Part shown: one piece after another, positions 40,500 through 53,559 of the stretch
How positions within the stretch are numbered: position 1 is the stretch's first letter
How the letters are laid out: every line of letters begins with the position of its first letter
Origin: Rhizophagus irregularis
Lineage: Eukaryota
Assembly (NCBI RefSeq): GCF_026210795.1
Contig: NC_089434.1
Coordinates: 3,720,001-3,784,000 of the forward strand
Direction: 5' to 3'
DNA: 64,000 nt
Made by a program: the position numbers and the translations under genes
The notes under the pieces: model-generated
The model's input: only the letters and a program-made list of their open reading frames with translations
The model's database searches: none
Told to the model about the DNA's origin: nothing

Positions 40500-40930
40500 A
40501 AAGGAACGATTAAAAGTGATTTTTTTAAAAAAAATTATTTATTATAAAAATATGTTGTTTATTTTAATCCAATTATACAATAATTGTGTGAAACATAAAA
40601 ATAAACGAATAAAAGTGTTGCATGATTTTAAAAAATTTTTTACAATGAATTTATTATGTACAACAAAAAAAAAAAAATACTTTATCAAAATTTTTAATAG
40701 TTTAGTCAATTTTTACTTGATTTCTAACAGGTTTTTTCAAATGATATTTCATTTTATTAATAATTATAGAAAATAATTATTTCATTTTAAGAAACTCCGG
40801 CGTACGTTGGCGTTTTAGAATTGGTCATCTGTTATCTTTTATTTTGATAATTTTTTTTTTTTAAAAAAAAAAGTAAAATAAACAAAGAACCTAAAAAAAG
40901 GCATCTTATCAAAGAAAAATCAGTCAATGT
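40500..40930 (-). repeat. Dispersed repeat copy, inverted relative of the array unit
   Basis: The reverse complement gives tttttctttgataagatg...aaataaaagataacagatgaccaattctaaaacgccaac, matching array motifs at ~54825-54915 and ~59118. Confidence 0.75.
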
Positions 40931-42780
40931 GAACAAATTAGGCAAATTATTTCTTTTTTTTACCTTAAAAAAAAAAGTCCTTTTTTTTAAATTGTATCCC
41001 ACAATTTCGAACCTTCCTTCTATTTTATCACTATATAAATTTTTTGTAATTTTTGTAGATCGGTGTGATCATTTAAAATCAGCCGGAGTTATGACATTAA
41101 GATTTATGACGCAGACACGCAGTAATCAACAGCGCCACGCGGATCATAATTATAACCTGTATAATTATTATATTATCAAAAATATAAAACTTTGTTAATT
41201 AGATTATTCAATTATTCACTTTATAAACTGGTACAAAAAAAATTTTTTTTAGCAAATTTCTAATTAGTAATTACTTTATTTCTTATTATGACGAAATCTA
41301 GTATTTGCAACCACTGATAATTACTACAGTTCAAGATCAAACCTCCGACACTACAACTTTCGGTGTAAAACTACCTTTAATTTTTTTCGCTTATATGTCA
41401 TTCATTTATAATGTAGGCCAAAACCTTCATAATTCAAGCCAAATATGAACGAAATTAGAAGAAAGCAAGGAAAAGTTTCATTCTTTTGTATAAATGAATA
41501 GAAGGGACGTTTAAATTAAATGAACCATTGATTTTTTCCTATCAATAGCAAGTTATGTATTATAACTTAAAACTTTCGTCTCTTTGCATAGTTACAGTAC
41601 ATGTGAATTGATTGTCATATATTATAAAAAGATTATGCGATACGAAAAAAGAAACCCATTGGAATATTTAACATATTCATAATTTACGGCATTATTGAAT
41701 AATGTATTTATGAATAATATATGATATATTCAAAATTCCGAATTAATAATTCGGTAATTCCGACGACACGTATATTAACGAACGCTGTATTTATTAATTA
41801 GTCATCAATTAATTGATTACAATCGAATAAATTTTGATTTGATCAAGAGATCAAGTCACAAATCATTAATTGATTGATCGATTATAAATTTATAATATTA
41901 TTTATACATATTTATTTTATTCATTGTTTTGTTCTATGTATAGTTTTTTATTCTTGCCGAATTATAAAAAGTTTTTTAAAAAAAATTCTTTTTTATTGGT
42001 TAATAAATATTTATATACGGTAAATAATAAAAAGCATTATTCGTTGTTTGTTGGTCGATTATTCGATTGATTATTATTAAGAAATCGATCAATTGACTTT
42101 AAAATCGATTTTTAGATGATAGTGGCTATGCGTGATCAATTAATAAAAGAACAAAAAATAGGGAGTCATAAAAAGCTATTTTTATGATCGTTAATATAAA
42201 AATATACAGTATATTAGGTATATTTAGTTTTTAAATCAAAATAATCAAATTATACGAAATTAAATTAATTTTCACTGGTGCAAACATATGTATGTGAAAT
42301 ATTCCGGAAAATATATCACATAATTATTCATGTTTTCTTTTTCTCACACGCACAAAAAAAAAATTGTCATGAGAACTTTGTTTTTGCATATTAATTATAT
42401 TAATTTTAACTAGCCCCAAACAAATAATTATTAATAATCTTTTTTTTTATATTATATTCGGTAATTCCGATGAATGTTGTTTATTGGTGTTTTTTAAGAA
42501 TGCGACATCTGGTATTCTTTTTTTTTTTAAAAAAAAAAAGAATAAAAAAAAGAAAGAAAAATTACTAGTCTTTGTGTTGTTAATATAGTTAGTATCCCTA
42601 TCAAAGAAAAAAATAATCACTATAAACAAATTAATTGTTTATTTGTTTATTTAATTATTAATTATTTATTTTCTAAAAAAAAAATAAAAAAGAATTTTAG
42701 AAGCGCAACATGAAATTATTTTTTACTATTGTCCGAATAAACGTCTCAGAGATAGATCTACATACAATTAGTATACTAAT

Positions 42781-45041
42781 TATGGAAAGCCGCCATGGTC
42801 AAAAGTGCGTAGCAAAACATAGCGTGTATACGCTATGTTTTGTAGCGCGTATACGTTATATTTCACGGCGGGTTACCCCTGTTCTGTCTGTTTCAGGGGT
42901 AACCTGTTGCAAAAAATAGCGTTTAATACGCTATATTTCATAGCGTTATATACGTTATATGTTATGACGGGTACCCGTTATAAGAAACGGCGGGTACCTG
43001 TTATAAGGAATGGCGGGTACCCGCTATAAGAAACGGCGGGTACCCGTTATAAGAAACGGCAGGTACCCGTTATAAGAAACGGCGGGTACCTGTTATAAGA
43101 AACGGCGGGTACCCGTTATAAGAACTGGCAGTCAGCATATTAACTTTTGATAAACATCAATAATGATAATTATTTATTTAATGAAATTTTATTTGACAAA
43201 TATTAAAATTCAAGTCACACATTTACGATTTTAAAGAAAAAAATCACCATATTTATTTTTATTGAAGTGTACAAATAAAATTAACAATAAAAATAAATAA
43301 AAAAGATAAGTAAATTACGAGAAAGATGCTAAAAAAAAATGAAATAACAGTGGAGTAATGGAAAGTAATAGAAGATGAAAGGGAGTAAAAAAGAGTAATG
43401 AGAAGTGATAGGAAACAAAAAGGAGAAATAGGACATAATGAGAGATGAAAAGGAGTGATGGTAGACGAAGAGGAGTGATGGGAGACGAAAAGGAGCGATG
43501 GGAGATGAAAGGAAGTGATGGGAAGATGAAGAGAAGTAAAAATTTATTAAAATTGTAAATTTAATAAAAAATTTTCCAATAGATTTTCAATCAATTTTTT
43601 ATAAAAAAAAAGATCTCTAATGAAATTCTTTATTAAAAAAAATTTTCAAGCCAAAATTCTCGATACACTTATTAAAAAAAACTATTTTCAATAAAATTTT
43701 CTATTAAGATTTCTAAACAAAGTTCTCCATCAAAAAAATAAAAAAATTTTTCAACAAACAATTCTCTAATGAATTCTCAATCAAAAAAAAATATCCCGAT
43801 TAAAGAAAAATTCAAAGATTCTTACCACCTATTAAAAAAAATTCTCAAAAGAATTTCTATACCAAAAAAAAAACTCCTCTCCTATTAAAAAAAAAATCTT
43901 TACCAAAATTCTCTATCAAAAAAAATCTCCCTGTTAAAAAAATTTACACTAACGAAATTATCTATCAAAAAAAAATTCTATGATGAAATTCCTATCAAAA
44001 AAAAAATATTCTCAGCGAAATCTATTTAAGAAAATTCTTTAATGAAATTCTCTATCAAAAACAATCCCCCTATTAAAAAAAAATTCTCTAATAAAATTCT
44101 CCGTCAAAAAATACTTTCACCTATTAAAAAAATTCCCAAAAGAAATTCTTTATTAAGGAAAACTCCTTCAATTAAAAAAAAATTCGTAACAAAATTCTCT
44201 ATCAAAAAAAATTTCACTTGTTAAAAAATTTTCTAACGAAATTATCTATCAAAAAAAAAATCTTCTCTATTAAAAAAATTCTTCAAATAATTTTCTACAA
44301 AAAAAAAAAATCTCAAATAATTCTCTATCAAAAAAATCTCTCCTGTTAAAAAAAATTGCTCCAACAAATTAAGTATACGTCAAAAAAAAAAAATCTTATT
44401 AAAAAAAATTCTCCAATGAAATTTCTATCAAATAAAAGTTTTTAACGAAATTATCCATCAAAAAAAAAAACTCAGAAATGTCCCTATCAATGAAAAAAAT
44501 TTTCTAACGAAATTTTTTATCAAAAAAAATCTTCTTATTAAAAAAATTCCCAATGAAATTCTATCAAACAAAGCCTTTGCCTATATTAAAAATAAAAATT
44601 CTCTACAAAATTTGTTTATAAAAAAAAGCCAAGAAAAAAAAAAAATTTTTTTAAAAAAAAAAATTAAATGGCGGGTACCCGATATGTGAAATAGCGTTTA
44701 CCCGCTATGTGAAGTGGCGGGTACCCGATATGTGAAGCGGCGGGTACCCGATATGTGAAGCGGCGGGTACCTGATATGTGAAGCGGCGGGTATTCAATCC
44801 CTTGAAAATTTTAAAATTTGGTCCAAAATAAATTAATAAACCGTTATAATATAAAGCGTATACACGTTAAATTATGTAGCGTATACACGCTGTTTTTTAT
44901 GGCGGGTTACCCCTGAAATTGACAGGTTAATCCAACAGAACAGGGGTAACCCGCCGTAAAAGATAACGTGTATACGCTATGTTTTGTAGCGTGTACACGC
45001 TATGTTTTGCTACGCACTTTTGACCACTACCGCTTGCCATA
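42781..45041. mobile_element. Non-autonomous IS3EU-like DNA transposon, 2261 bp, TATGG...CCATA, 6-bp TSD ACTAAT
   Basis: Long TIRs (tggtcaaaagtgcgtagcaaaacatagcgtgta.acgcta; ggcgggttacccctgttctgt). TSD at 42775-42780 and 45042-45047. 23-bp subterminal arrays (ggcgggtacccg...) at ~42968-43128 and ~44670-44790. The interior is low-complexity with no transposase. TAY..RTA ends with a 6-bp TSD are the IS3EU pattern. Confidence 0.85.
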
Positions 45042-47149
45042 ACTAATTAGTAATATTCATATCGCATACAATATTTGTGGTTATCATATCATCAATACAA
45101 TACATCTCTTAAAATAGTTCAAATGGACAAAACATAATAATATTTTTTTTTGATCTTTTTTTTTTATCCTTTTTTGAATAAATCATAAATCATTTGAAAC
45201 ATGATGTATTCCACAGAAGTACTAATTAACTTGGTACAAAACATTTGTGTTCGATTTGTTTTTCATCTCTCTAACTACATCAATAGTTTACATAAAATAA
45301 AACTATATAATCGATCGACGCCAAATAACGATTAAAATGGTCTTAACAGCTGATGTATGTTTGTAGTATTACAATTTACAACACCAATCAATTTCGTTTC
45401 CAAGAGTATTATTTTATTATAAATATGGATTTTTTTTGCTTTTCAAATTTTTTATCCGTAAATATGCCATGGTTTTGTTTTCATTTGCGTTAAGATAAAT
45501 TTTTAATCGTATTTATTTGTATTTATTCGTTATAACTCGTTATTCGTTATTCGTTATTCGTTTTTAAAAAATTCGGATGTTGAATCTTTTAAGTTGCAAA
45601 TGAAAATTTTAAACCATAACAACTATGCCAATTAAGCACGTAAGTGATTATGTCTTCTCGTATATATTTTGCTATTAAACGAATTATTTAAGTACTGAAC
45701 CAAACCACTATGATGTTTGAAACTTCCCTAAAAAAACATTATTACAGATTTACTTATTTTCGTACAGTATCGTATTTAACGTTATTCAGATTTCATATTG
45801 CCGATATTAATATGGTAATTGTGAATTTTATTATATTGGACATCAAAATATAGATTTTTGATTAATTTTTAATTTTAAAATTTTTTACAATAAAAACTAA
45901 AGGTGTCATAAGAAAAGAAAATTAAGGTCTCCTCGAGCATTAAGAAAAGTAACATCATTATACGATTATTAAGGAAAAATAACTTCATAAACGATTATAA
46001 AGAAAAGTAACATCATAGAAACAAATTTGATTCGAAGAAAATGTTCATGTTATATAAAAAAATTCGAAAAACAAAAAAATGATTATGAACGTCATTATCA
46101 AAATTATTTTTATTATTGTAATGAAATATTCATGTTAAACTTCAAGTTATGAAAATTGAAGTCTTAATGACGACGAGTATTCATATATATATATATTTAT
46201 ATCATATATATATTTTGCTCGTTAATTTATTACCAACTATTTTACATTCATTAATAAACTTGTTTGGTCGAGATGGTTTGATTCCAATTATGACAAATTA
46301 AAATTAAATCTCAAATCTCTTTCTGAATGATATAATAATTTATTTACTGTATATTTGGGTTAAAATTAACAAATTTTTATTGTTACCAATTTTTAGGGGA
46401 GATGTTAAACGAATAATCAATTATATTATTTTTTTTGCATATCGACTATCATATTTTTATTATTATTATTACTATCATATTTATTATTATTATTATTATC
46501 ATATTTTATTGTTATTATTACCAGTTACGGGCACAGTATATGACGATTTATGTGTTACAGTACGATTTATCGAAAACTATTCATCCGCTAGCATAACTGC
46601 CTCCTTGATTGGTTCGATGTTCTATTTTTGGGATTGTTATACTACTAATCTCTTAATAACGATCCCGTGTTACATTACCTTAACATACATACTTTTTTTT
46701 TTTGTCGCCACCGACATCAAATTTCAATCATTTTTGAAACGGCAATAAAATAATATACCAATATACTGACCAAATTATAACTAATAAGGTCGTACATTTT
46801 TTTTTTCTTTATTTATAAAATTTTAATACATGAAATTGGTTGGAAACAATAATAAGGGAGGTAAATACGATCGATATTTTACAATAAATTATGGTTTTAA
46901 ATTATCATTTTTGACGTTCATAACGCTAATAATGTTAAGTTTACGATAATTGATCGTTAATATAACATATAACATGAATTTTAAATTTATTGTGCAAAAT
47001 TTATAAAATTTATAAAATTTATTAAAATTGTAGATAAGAATACCGTATTTATTGTATATCAGATAAAATGTACAATAGATAAAAATATATAATATACAAT
47101 AAATAAACGAAAGATAAAAATATATAACAGATAAAATAAATGACCGATA

Positions 47150-47248
47150 AAAACACTACAAAAATACTACAAAAATACTACACAAAATACTACACAAAAT
47201 ACTACATAAAATACTACATAAAATACTACATAAAATATTACATAAAAA
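47150..47248. repeat. 11-13 bp tandem repeat (aaaatactaca[t/c])
   Basis: Directly visible, just downstream of the F-box gene stop codon. Confidence 0.9.
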
Positions 47249-47267
47249 TCTCAAAATCTCCAATCTC

Positions 47268-48788
47268 TTAACAAAATAAATAATTTAATTCATCAGGTGT
47301 AACAATATTAATTCCTTGATTCTTTAATATATCAATAATTTCTAATTCTTCTTTCATCCAACCATCACCATACTTCTTAATTCCAATTGTTTTTAAAGAA
47401 TTATGAATATTTTGAAATTTACATACTTGTAATAAATATTCTTTAGATGAAGAATTATTTTCTAAAGTAAGAATCCAATATTTTAAATTAGCTTTACAAT
47501 TATTAGTAAAATAAATAAAACTTTGTAAATCAATATTAAAATCAAAAAATAAACATTCAATATAAATTAAATAATTTCCAAAATTTTTAACTAATGAAGC
47601 CATATCAATACCAAAATTTGATCCAATATTTAAGACATTTAATAATGATAAATCACATATAAATGGAATTATTGAATCAGAAAATGTTCTTGCATAAAAT
47701 CTTATACAAAAATAATTAATATTTGGGCAAGATTCTTTTACTATTTGAACTGCTTTTGTAGTAGCATTGCTAAGAGTTAACTTTAATAATGATTCATTAC
47801 AAAGATAATAAATTATTTCTTCTATGAGATCTCCCACTTCACAATACCATAATTTAAATTTTTTAAGATATAATTTACTATTAGATAAAACTACACAATT
47901 ATTAAATCCCTTACAATATAAAAATTCTAAACGTTCTAGATGTTTTAATTTTGGTATAAATGATAAACTAATTTGTTTGAAATCAACACTATCAAGTATT
48001 AATTCTTTTAAAGTTTCGGATCGAAATTCTAATTCCAAATTATATGTAATTCTTTCAGGACTATCAATATATAGGAATATTCTCTTTAATGGTTGCGATT
48101 TAATAATGTCCAAATATTTTTTCACAAATATACTCTTGATTGATTTAATCCATAACTCCAAATTAACGATACTATCACATGATTTAGGCACCATATCTAA
48201 AAATTTGGAAGTATTTTGACGTTTTCTATCACTACTTATTAAATCTAAATTAAATATCGTTAAAGACCTTAGCCTTCTAATTCCAGGTTCATAATTTGTA
48301 AAAACGGAAAATTTTGGTAGATCAATATAATTTTTTTGTGTTACATTGGCTTCGAATTCCTGAAAGGCTGTGTTTTTACGAAAAATTCTATTGTATATTG
48401 CATTTACCAACTTTTGAACTTCACAATCCAAATAATTACCATTTTCATTTGATGATTCAATAGAGGTCCTAACGTGTTCAACTAAACAATCATGATTAAT
48501 TTTTTTGACAAATTCTACGTATGCAAATAAAGGAGGTTGAGTATTTAAATTTATTGAACTAGGAATTAATGAAAGAATTTCATCCTCGTCGAAACATGAT
48601 AGTATCGTGTTTATTAATGAACAGCTAGTAAAAGTCGCAATTTGTTTGACGAAAGGATTTTGCCAAATTATAGGAATCACAACTCTACAATAATATCTAT
48701 TGAGAAATAAACAATTGTATAATGCTGAATTATCGAGAAGATTGAGTATTTTTCTAAAGCATTCGGCAGGTAAAATTGGTGAAGACAT
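47268..48788 (-). CDS. F-box-like / LRR (RNI-like) protein of the AMF expanded family, 506 aa
   Basis: Single-exon ORF. The N-terminus LPAECFRKILNLLD..ALYNCLFLNRYYCRVVIPIIWQNPF is F-box-like. It is followed by PPLFAYVEFVKKI and repeated LxxLxL motifs (LRSLTI, LKELIL, LERLEF, LLKLTL, SCPNI). Confidence 0.88.
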   Translation of the reverse strand: MSSPILPAECFRKILNLLDNSALYNCLFLNRYYCRVVIPIIWQNPFVKQIATFTSCSLINTILSCFDEDEILSLIPSSINLNTQPPLFAYVEFVKKINHDCLVEHVRTSIESSNENGNYLDCEVQKLVNAIYNRIFRKNTAFQEFEANVTQKNYIDLPKFSVFTNYEPGIRRLRSLTIFNLDLISSDRKRQNTSKFLDMVPKSCDSIVNLELWIKSIKSIFVKKYLDIIKSQPLKRIFLYIDSPERITYNLELEFRSETLKELILDSVDFKQISLSFIPKLKHLERLEFLYCKGFNNCVVLSNSKLYLKKFKLWYCEVGDLIEEIIYYLCNESLLKLTLSNATTKAVQIVKESCPNINYFCIRFYARTFSDSIIPFICDLSLLNVLNIGSNFGIDMASLVKNFGNYLIYIECLFFDFNIDLQSFIYFTNNCKANLKYWILTLENNSSSKEYLLQVCKFQNIHNSLKTIGIKKYGDGWMKEELEIIDILKNQGINIVTPDELNYLFC

Positions 48789-49292
48789 AATTTTTTTTTA
48801 AAAAAAAAAATAGGGATGAAGAACTGAACGAGATAAAGAACGAGATGAAGAATATAAGTTGCATAGATCGACTTTTTTATAACGTTTAAGGTGGTACCAG
48901 AGTTTCCTAAACCAAAAAAGTTTAAAATCTAACCTTAAAAGTTACATTTTGTTGATCATGTCAAAATAATTTAACGGAATGTTATCCCCTCATTCAAATG
49001 TTTGTTTGTCAAAAGAATATGCAGGGGGACTTGATCCTGTGTATCTATGTTACAAATAAACTAATCGTATTGTTTTTTCCGTTTAGGATAATTGAAATAA
49101 TTTTAGAGGTTTGGACTTGGGACCGAATTTATTCATATACAGTATTATCGCGAATGCTTGTTCCAATCTCAGAATATTTAGGTAATAATAATAAAATGGG
49201 AAGTCATAGTAGAATTAATATCTAGAAATTTCTACTGATTAAAATAATAAAAACATCTCAAGTTCATATCATGTAATTACGTGTTAATAAAA

Positions 49293-49468
49293 CCCTATAA
49301 AAAATTTTATCCGTTATTTCTGTAAAAACTCCGTAAAAATGAGCCTTTCACGGATCCATTCACGGAAAATGTAAATAATTCGATAAATTCCGTGGTATAA
49401 AGTTATTAATTCAGCTTTTTACGGAAAAAAGACGAAATATAAAAAACGGATCGACTTTTTTTACAGGG
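49293..49468. mobile_element. CCCTAT/ACAGGG-family MITE (CMC-like), 176 bp
   Basis: TIRs ccctataaaaaattttatccg / cggatcgactttttttacaggg, with AA on both flanks. Internal ccgt/acgg motifs. Confidence 0.75.
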
Positions 49469-50105
49469 AAATCGGTTCACAAGGACCTTCGGAGAAAGGT
49501 AAATATAATAGTAATCTCCGGCAGATATTGTAGCTTTTTTCTTTTAATTGTTTTATAACCCCGTCGATGATTATGTCATGATGCTTATGTTGTCTGACTG
49601 TACGGTGTTCTTTATCATAACTATTGTAGTATATTTAAATAAATTATAATAGATATACTGTACTTACGTTAGAAATACTGTATATTCGTTATTTTAAAAG
49701 ATAATAATAATAATATATAATATTCTATGCAACGACCCTAATATGAAATCTTTAATATTCGGTTTAAAGCCCAGCTGGAAATGATTAAGCGATTAAGGTT
49801 AACCAGTGAATTTTATCCGGTTCTAATATTAGGGCATGAATATTACGATGATATTACATAATCGAACGTTACGCCAACAAAAGTTACGGATTTTATAAAA
49901 AGGAAATTGATTGTTTTCTTTGAACATTTCTTAATAGTTATTAAGGAGTTCAATAGATGTTTCAAACGACAACTTTTGGTATTTTATTACTTTATACATC
50001 AAAGAATGGTGGTACCACTTAAATTGATTGGGTTATTGAAGACAAAGAAAAAAAAAATTAAATAATTTATAATGAAAAATATACATACTATACATACATA
50101 CATAC

Positions 50106-50136
<31 letters not shown>

Positions 50137-50827
50137 GTAATCAGTTAATAACGATGAATGGACACAGAAAAAAAAATTATCCATATTTTTAAAATCGAAT
50201 AAACAAGATAAATGTAAAATTATTCTTTTTTTGTATAAATTATTTTTCTATATAAATTATAAACTTGGTAATTGGATTCTAGAAAGAAGTAAATGTTTCT
50301 CAAAATTTTTTTTTAAGTTGTACTAATAAATTGGTAATGATCATTTTGTAACACTTTATATACATTTGATTTGGGGATTAAAGTTTAAGTTTAAGAAAGA
50401 AAAAAATAAATAAAAAAATAAAAATAAATAAAAAAAAATAAGAAAAAGAATTATATTGGAAAGGCTCCTAAGAAAACACAATTTTTAATATTGTTTTCAA
50501 ATTAAAATAAACAATAAAATAAATCGATTTTTTAAATTTGATATTATTTTTTATTTTTCATTTTTTTACTGATTGTTAAAAATTTTTTTGGTCATTTCAT
50601 TGATTTACCGATTTACCATGATGTTAACAAATTTGATTTCATTGATAACTCAATAAACCAATAATATTTATGGAATATATCGGCTAAATTAAAAGTTGTG
50701 TAAATAATTGTAAATATTTGTAAACAATTCGGAATTATTGATATTTAGATAATGAAAATCATGAACTAATCGGTTAATCTCTCTCTTTTTTTTAACAACT
50801 TTTTATGTTATCTCAATTTTATCACAA

Positions 50828-50912
50828 TTTTTCCAACGTTCATTTTTTTTCAACGTTTGTTTTTCCAACGTTCATTTTTCCAACGTTTGTTTTTTCAACG
50901 TTCGTTTTTCCA
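50828..50912. repeat. 15-16 bp tandem repeat tttt(t/c)caacgtt, probable subterminal array of a decayed TIR element
   Basis: About 5 copies. An inverted partner-like aacgcacgcttggaaaaa lies near 51090. Confidence 0.6.
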
Positions 50913-52757
50913 AAATAATAAACCAAATTATTATTATTATTTTTTTTCATATTTCTTATATTGCGCAAATATTATTTTATTTCACTTTGAAATTTTTCCC
51001 ACATCATCATAATCTTATCCAATTCTGTCTCCTAAAAATTACTCATTTTGATAAAAAATCACACGTGAACTGAACTCAAAATTTTCTGTAACGCACGCTT
51101 GGAAAAATGTGATATGAACCGTATTTTGACGATCACTCCTTTTTGAAATCGGCCAAGCCATAAAGATTGTAAATTTTAGAAATCTAGGAAAAGAATTTAT
51201 GGAATCTCTTGTTTTATAATACGAAATTATGAAATTATTGGCGGTTTAATTTTATAAACAAACAAATCTAGTAGTGGTATCATAAATTTTATTTAAAATA
51301 ACTCAACGCTGTATAATAAACAGTATAATAATGAATTTTTAAATAAACGATATATAATATTTTATTTTATTTTATTTATTTTATTTGTGGTAGAAACTAT
51401 TTTATTACTTAAAAAAATTTTTTTTTCCGGTTAAATTATCTGGTATAGTACCGTTTCACAATTCACGGGACTTTCGGCAAATATTGTTGCCGAGTTCAAA
51501 AAGACTCGCGGTCACGTGATATATATTTGAGTACGATAAACAATAGTTATTGCGTCAGTCACGCAAGATCATGCTATTATTATGAGTATCAAAATGTATA
51601 ACTAAACTGCAAAACTTATTAAAGGATTAATTTGTAGTCATATTTAACCGATAAAAAAAAATATCAATTATTTAGCCATTAACAAAAAATATCAGTCCGT
51701 CAAAATCAGCATGATCCTAATAGATTCAATATATCAGACGGTAAATATTTTTTGGTCCTCTGACTCCTCTCATTGTAAATTTTGTCTTGAAGGTAATGTT
51801 ATTTCTTTCATTTTATTTTGTTTTATAATTTGCATTTATTTTTATTTTATTTTATTTTATGGTTGATATGATTGAAAATACGCCGAAATATTTTTTTTAG
51901 TGAAACTTAGGATAAGATTATTCTTTTAAAATCATACATGTATATATTGTTGTAATGATAGTTTTTTTTTTAAAAAAAAAAGGTTGCGTAATTGCGTAAT
52001 TGTTACACTAATCAATCTAATCATACATTGATACATCATACGTATGCAAATCATACGATCATACGCATGAATGGGTTATGTAGACTTATTGTAATTATAC
52101 AAAGAGCGAGACTTGAACCAGAAAAAAATGTTATAACGAAATGACTTTATATTCTTTCTAGATCAAATTGTAGTTTCCACAAATTACGGTCACGATATTA
52201 AAATTTTTTATTTATTGAAATCGAATGGTTTGAGTGCGTTGTTCACTAGTACAGAGTTAGTAGATAGTTGTAATTTTTTTTTTAATACAAGTTTGAAAAC
52301 AAATATATTTGACGAATACATAAAATTTCTTTATTTATAAAATATAAAATAATATAAATTTAAATAACAAATACATTTTAAACAACAAATACGTAATATA
52401 TACGTAATATAAAAAAATGAAAATAATAAAAAAAAATGATAACAAAAAAATTTAAAAAAAAAATTGTATGTTAAATAAACAATTTCAAATTAATAAAACT
52501 CAAAGTCTGGATTTTGTATTTTGGTTGTTTCCTTTATGGAATTTATTATTAAGGAACCCTTCTTTACGGAGTTTATTTACTTTATTAATGAACTCTTTAC
52601 TCTGGAATCTATGACGGAACTTTTCGAACTCTTCTTTATGGAATTCATTAAGGAACTCTGCGAGTTCTGCGAATGATTTATTTTTAATAAATTCTTGTAT
52701 CTAAAGATCAAATTTTAAAATTAATATGTGTACTTTATTTATGAAGTTAAGGAAAAA

Positions 52758-53324
52758 TTAAACACCTACTTTACTTGCGGTAGCTTCATCTATTTTAGTC
52801 ATTTTCGGACGTTGGTCATAATTTAACGATTCAAATGTTTCTTTTAGCGCGTTTTTAATAATGTCGTTCCCTGACCCTCCTTCTTCAACAACCGTTGATT
52901 CAGTAATATATATTGTTTCATCTCCCTCTACCTTCACCTCTGTAGCCGTTTCTTGTAGGTGCTTAAGGAGTTCAGCAAATTTTGGGTCTTTGTGAGAGTT
53001 TCCACAGAAATGAGATGTTTTTTTTACATATTTAACGTATGGATGCTTTGCATTCCTTAAATGATTGAAATTGAATGGATGTTTTCCATGGTTCATGACA
53101 TCGATGTGGTTCGGGTACTTTCCAAAAATTGAACCAGGTATTTTTAATGTCGGATGCTTAATATGATTCATCTGTCCAGGGATGAATTCTTTGCTAAAGA
53201 AATCAAATGGGTTTATGGGACCGATGTTTTCGAATACAGGTTTACCATCCCGCACCAACACAATAGCGTTATTATTATTTTGAATGAAGGCAGGTTCAAG
53301 TCCTTTGTTGGTATTGGTAGACAT
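52758..53324 (-). CDS. Hypothetical 188-aa protein with four K-[H/Y]-P repeats
   Basis: Clean ATG-TAA ORF, more GC-rich than its flanks, with natural amino-acid composition. No domain recognised. Confidence 0.75.
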   Translation of the reverse strand: MSTNTNKGLEPAFIQNNNNAIVLVRDGKPVFENIGPINPFDFFSKEFIPGQMNHIKHPTLKIPGSIFGKYPNHIDVMNHGKHPFNFNHLRNAKHPYVKYVKKTSHFCGNSHKDPKFAELLKHLQETATEVKVEGDETIYITESTVVEEGGSGNDIIKNALKETFESLNYDQRPKMTKIDEATASKVGV

Positions 53325-53559
53325 ATTAAATGAATTTTACGTTTCAATTTATGTGAATGAATTTTATTATATCAGTAATTATTTTATTTTTCTTGAAATA
53401 AAAATTTTTACGCTAAAATTGAGGGATTAAATAACTAATTTTTTTTTGTTAAATTAATTAAGAAACTGATACAACTTCAAAAAAAAAAAAATTGTATCAG
53501 CCAATTCTACCTTTGTGGGCTTCGACAACAATATGAATGTGATGTACGACATGTTTTTT

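Noticed and set aside
46380..46748. 122-aa Tyr-rich ORF
   Set aside because: Non-ATG start, built largely on a (TAT)n microsatellite.
47824..48219. 131-aa plus-strand ORF
   Set aside because: It is antisense to the well-supported F-box/LRR gene.
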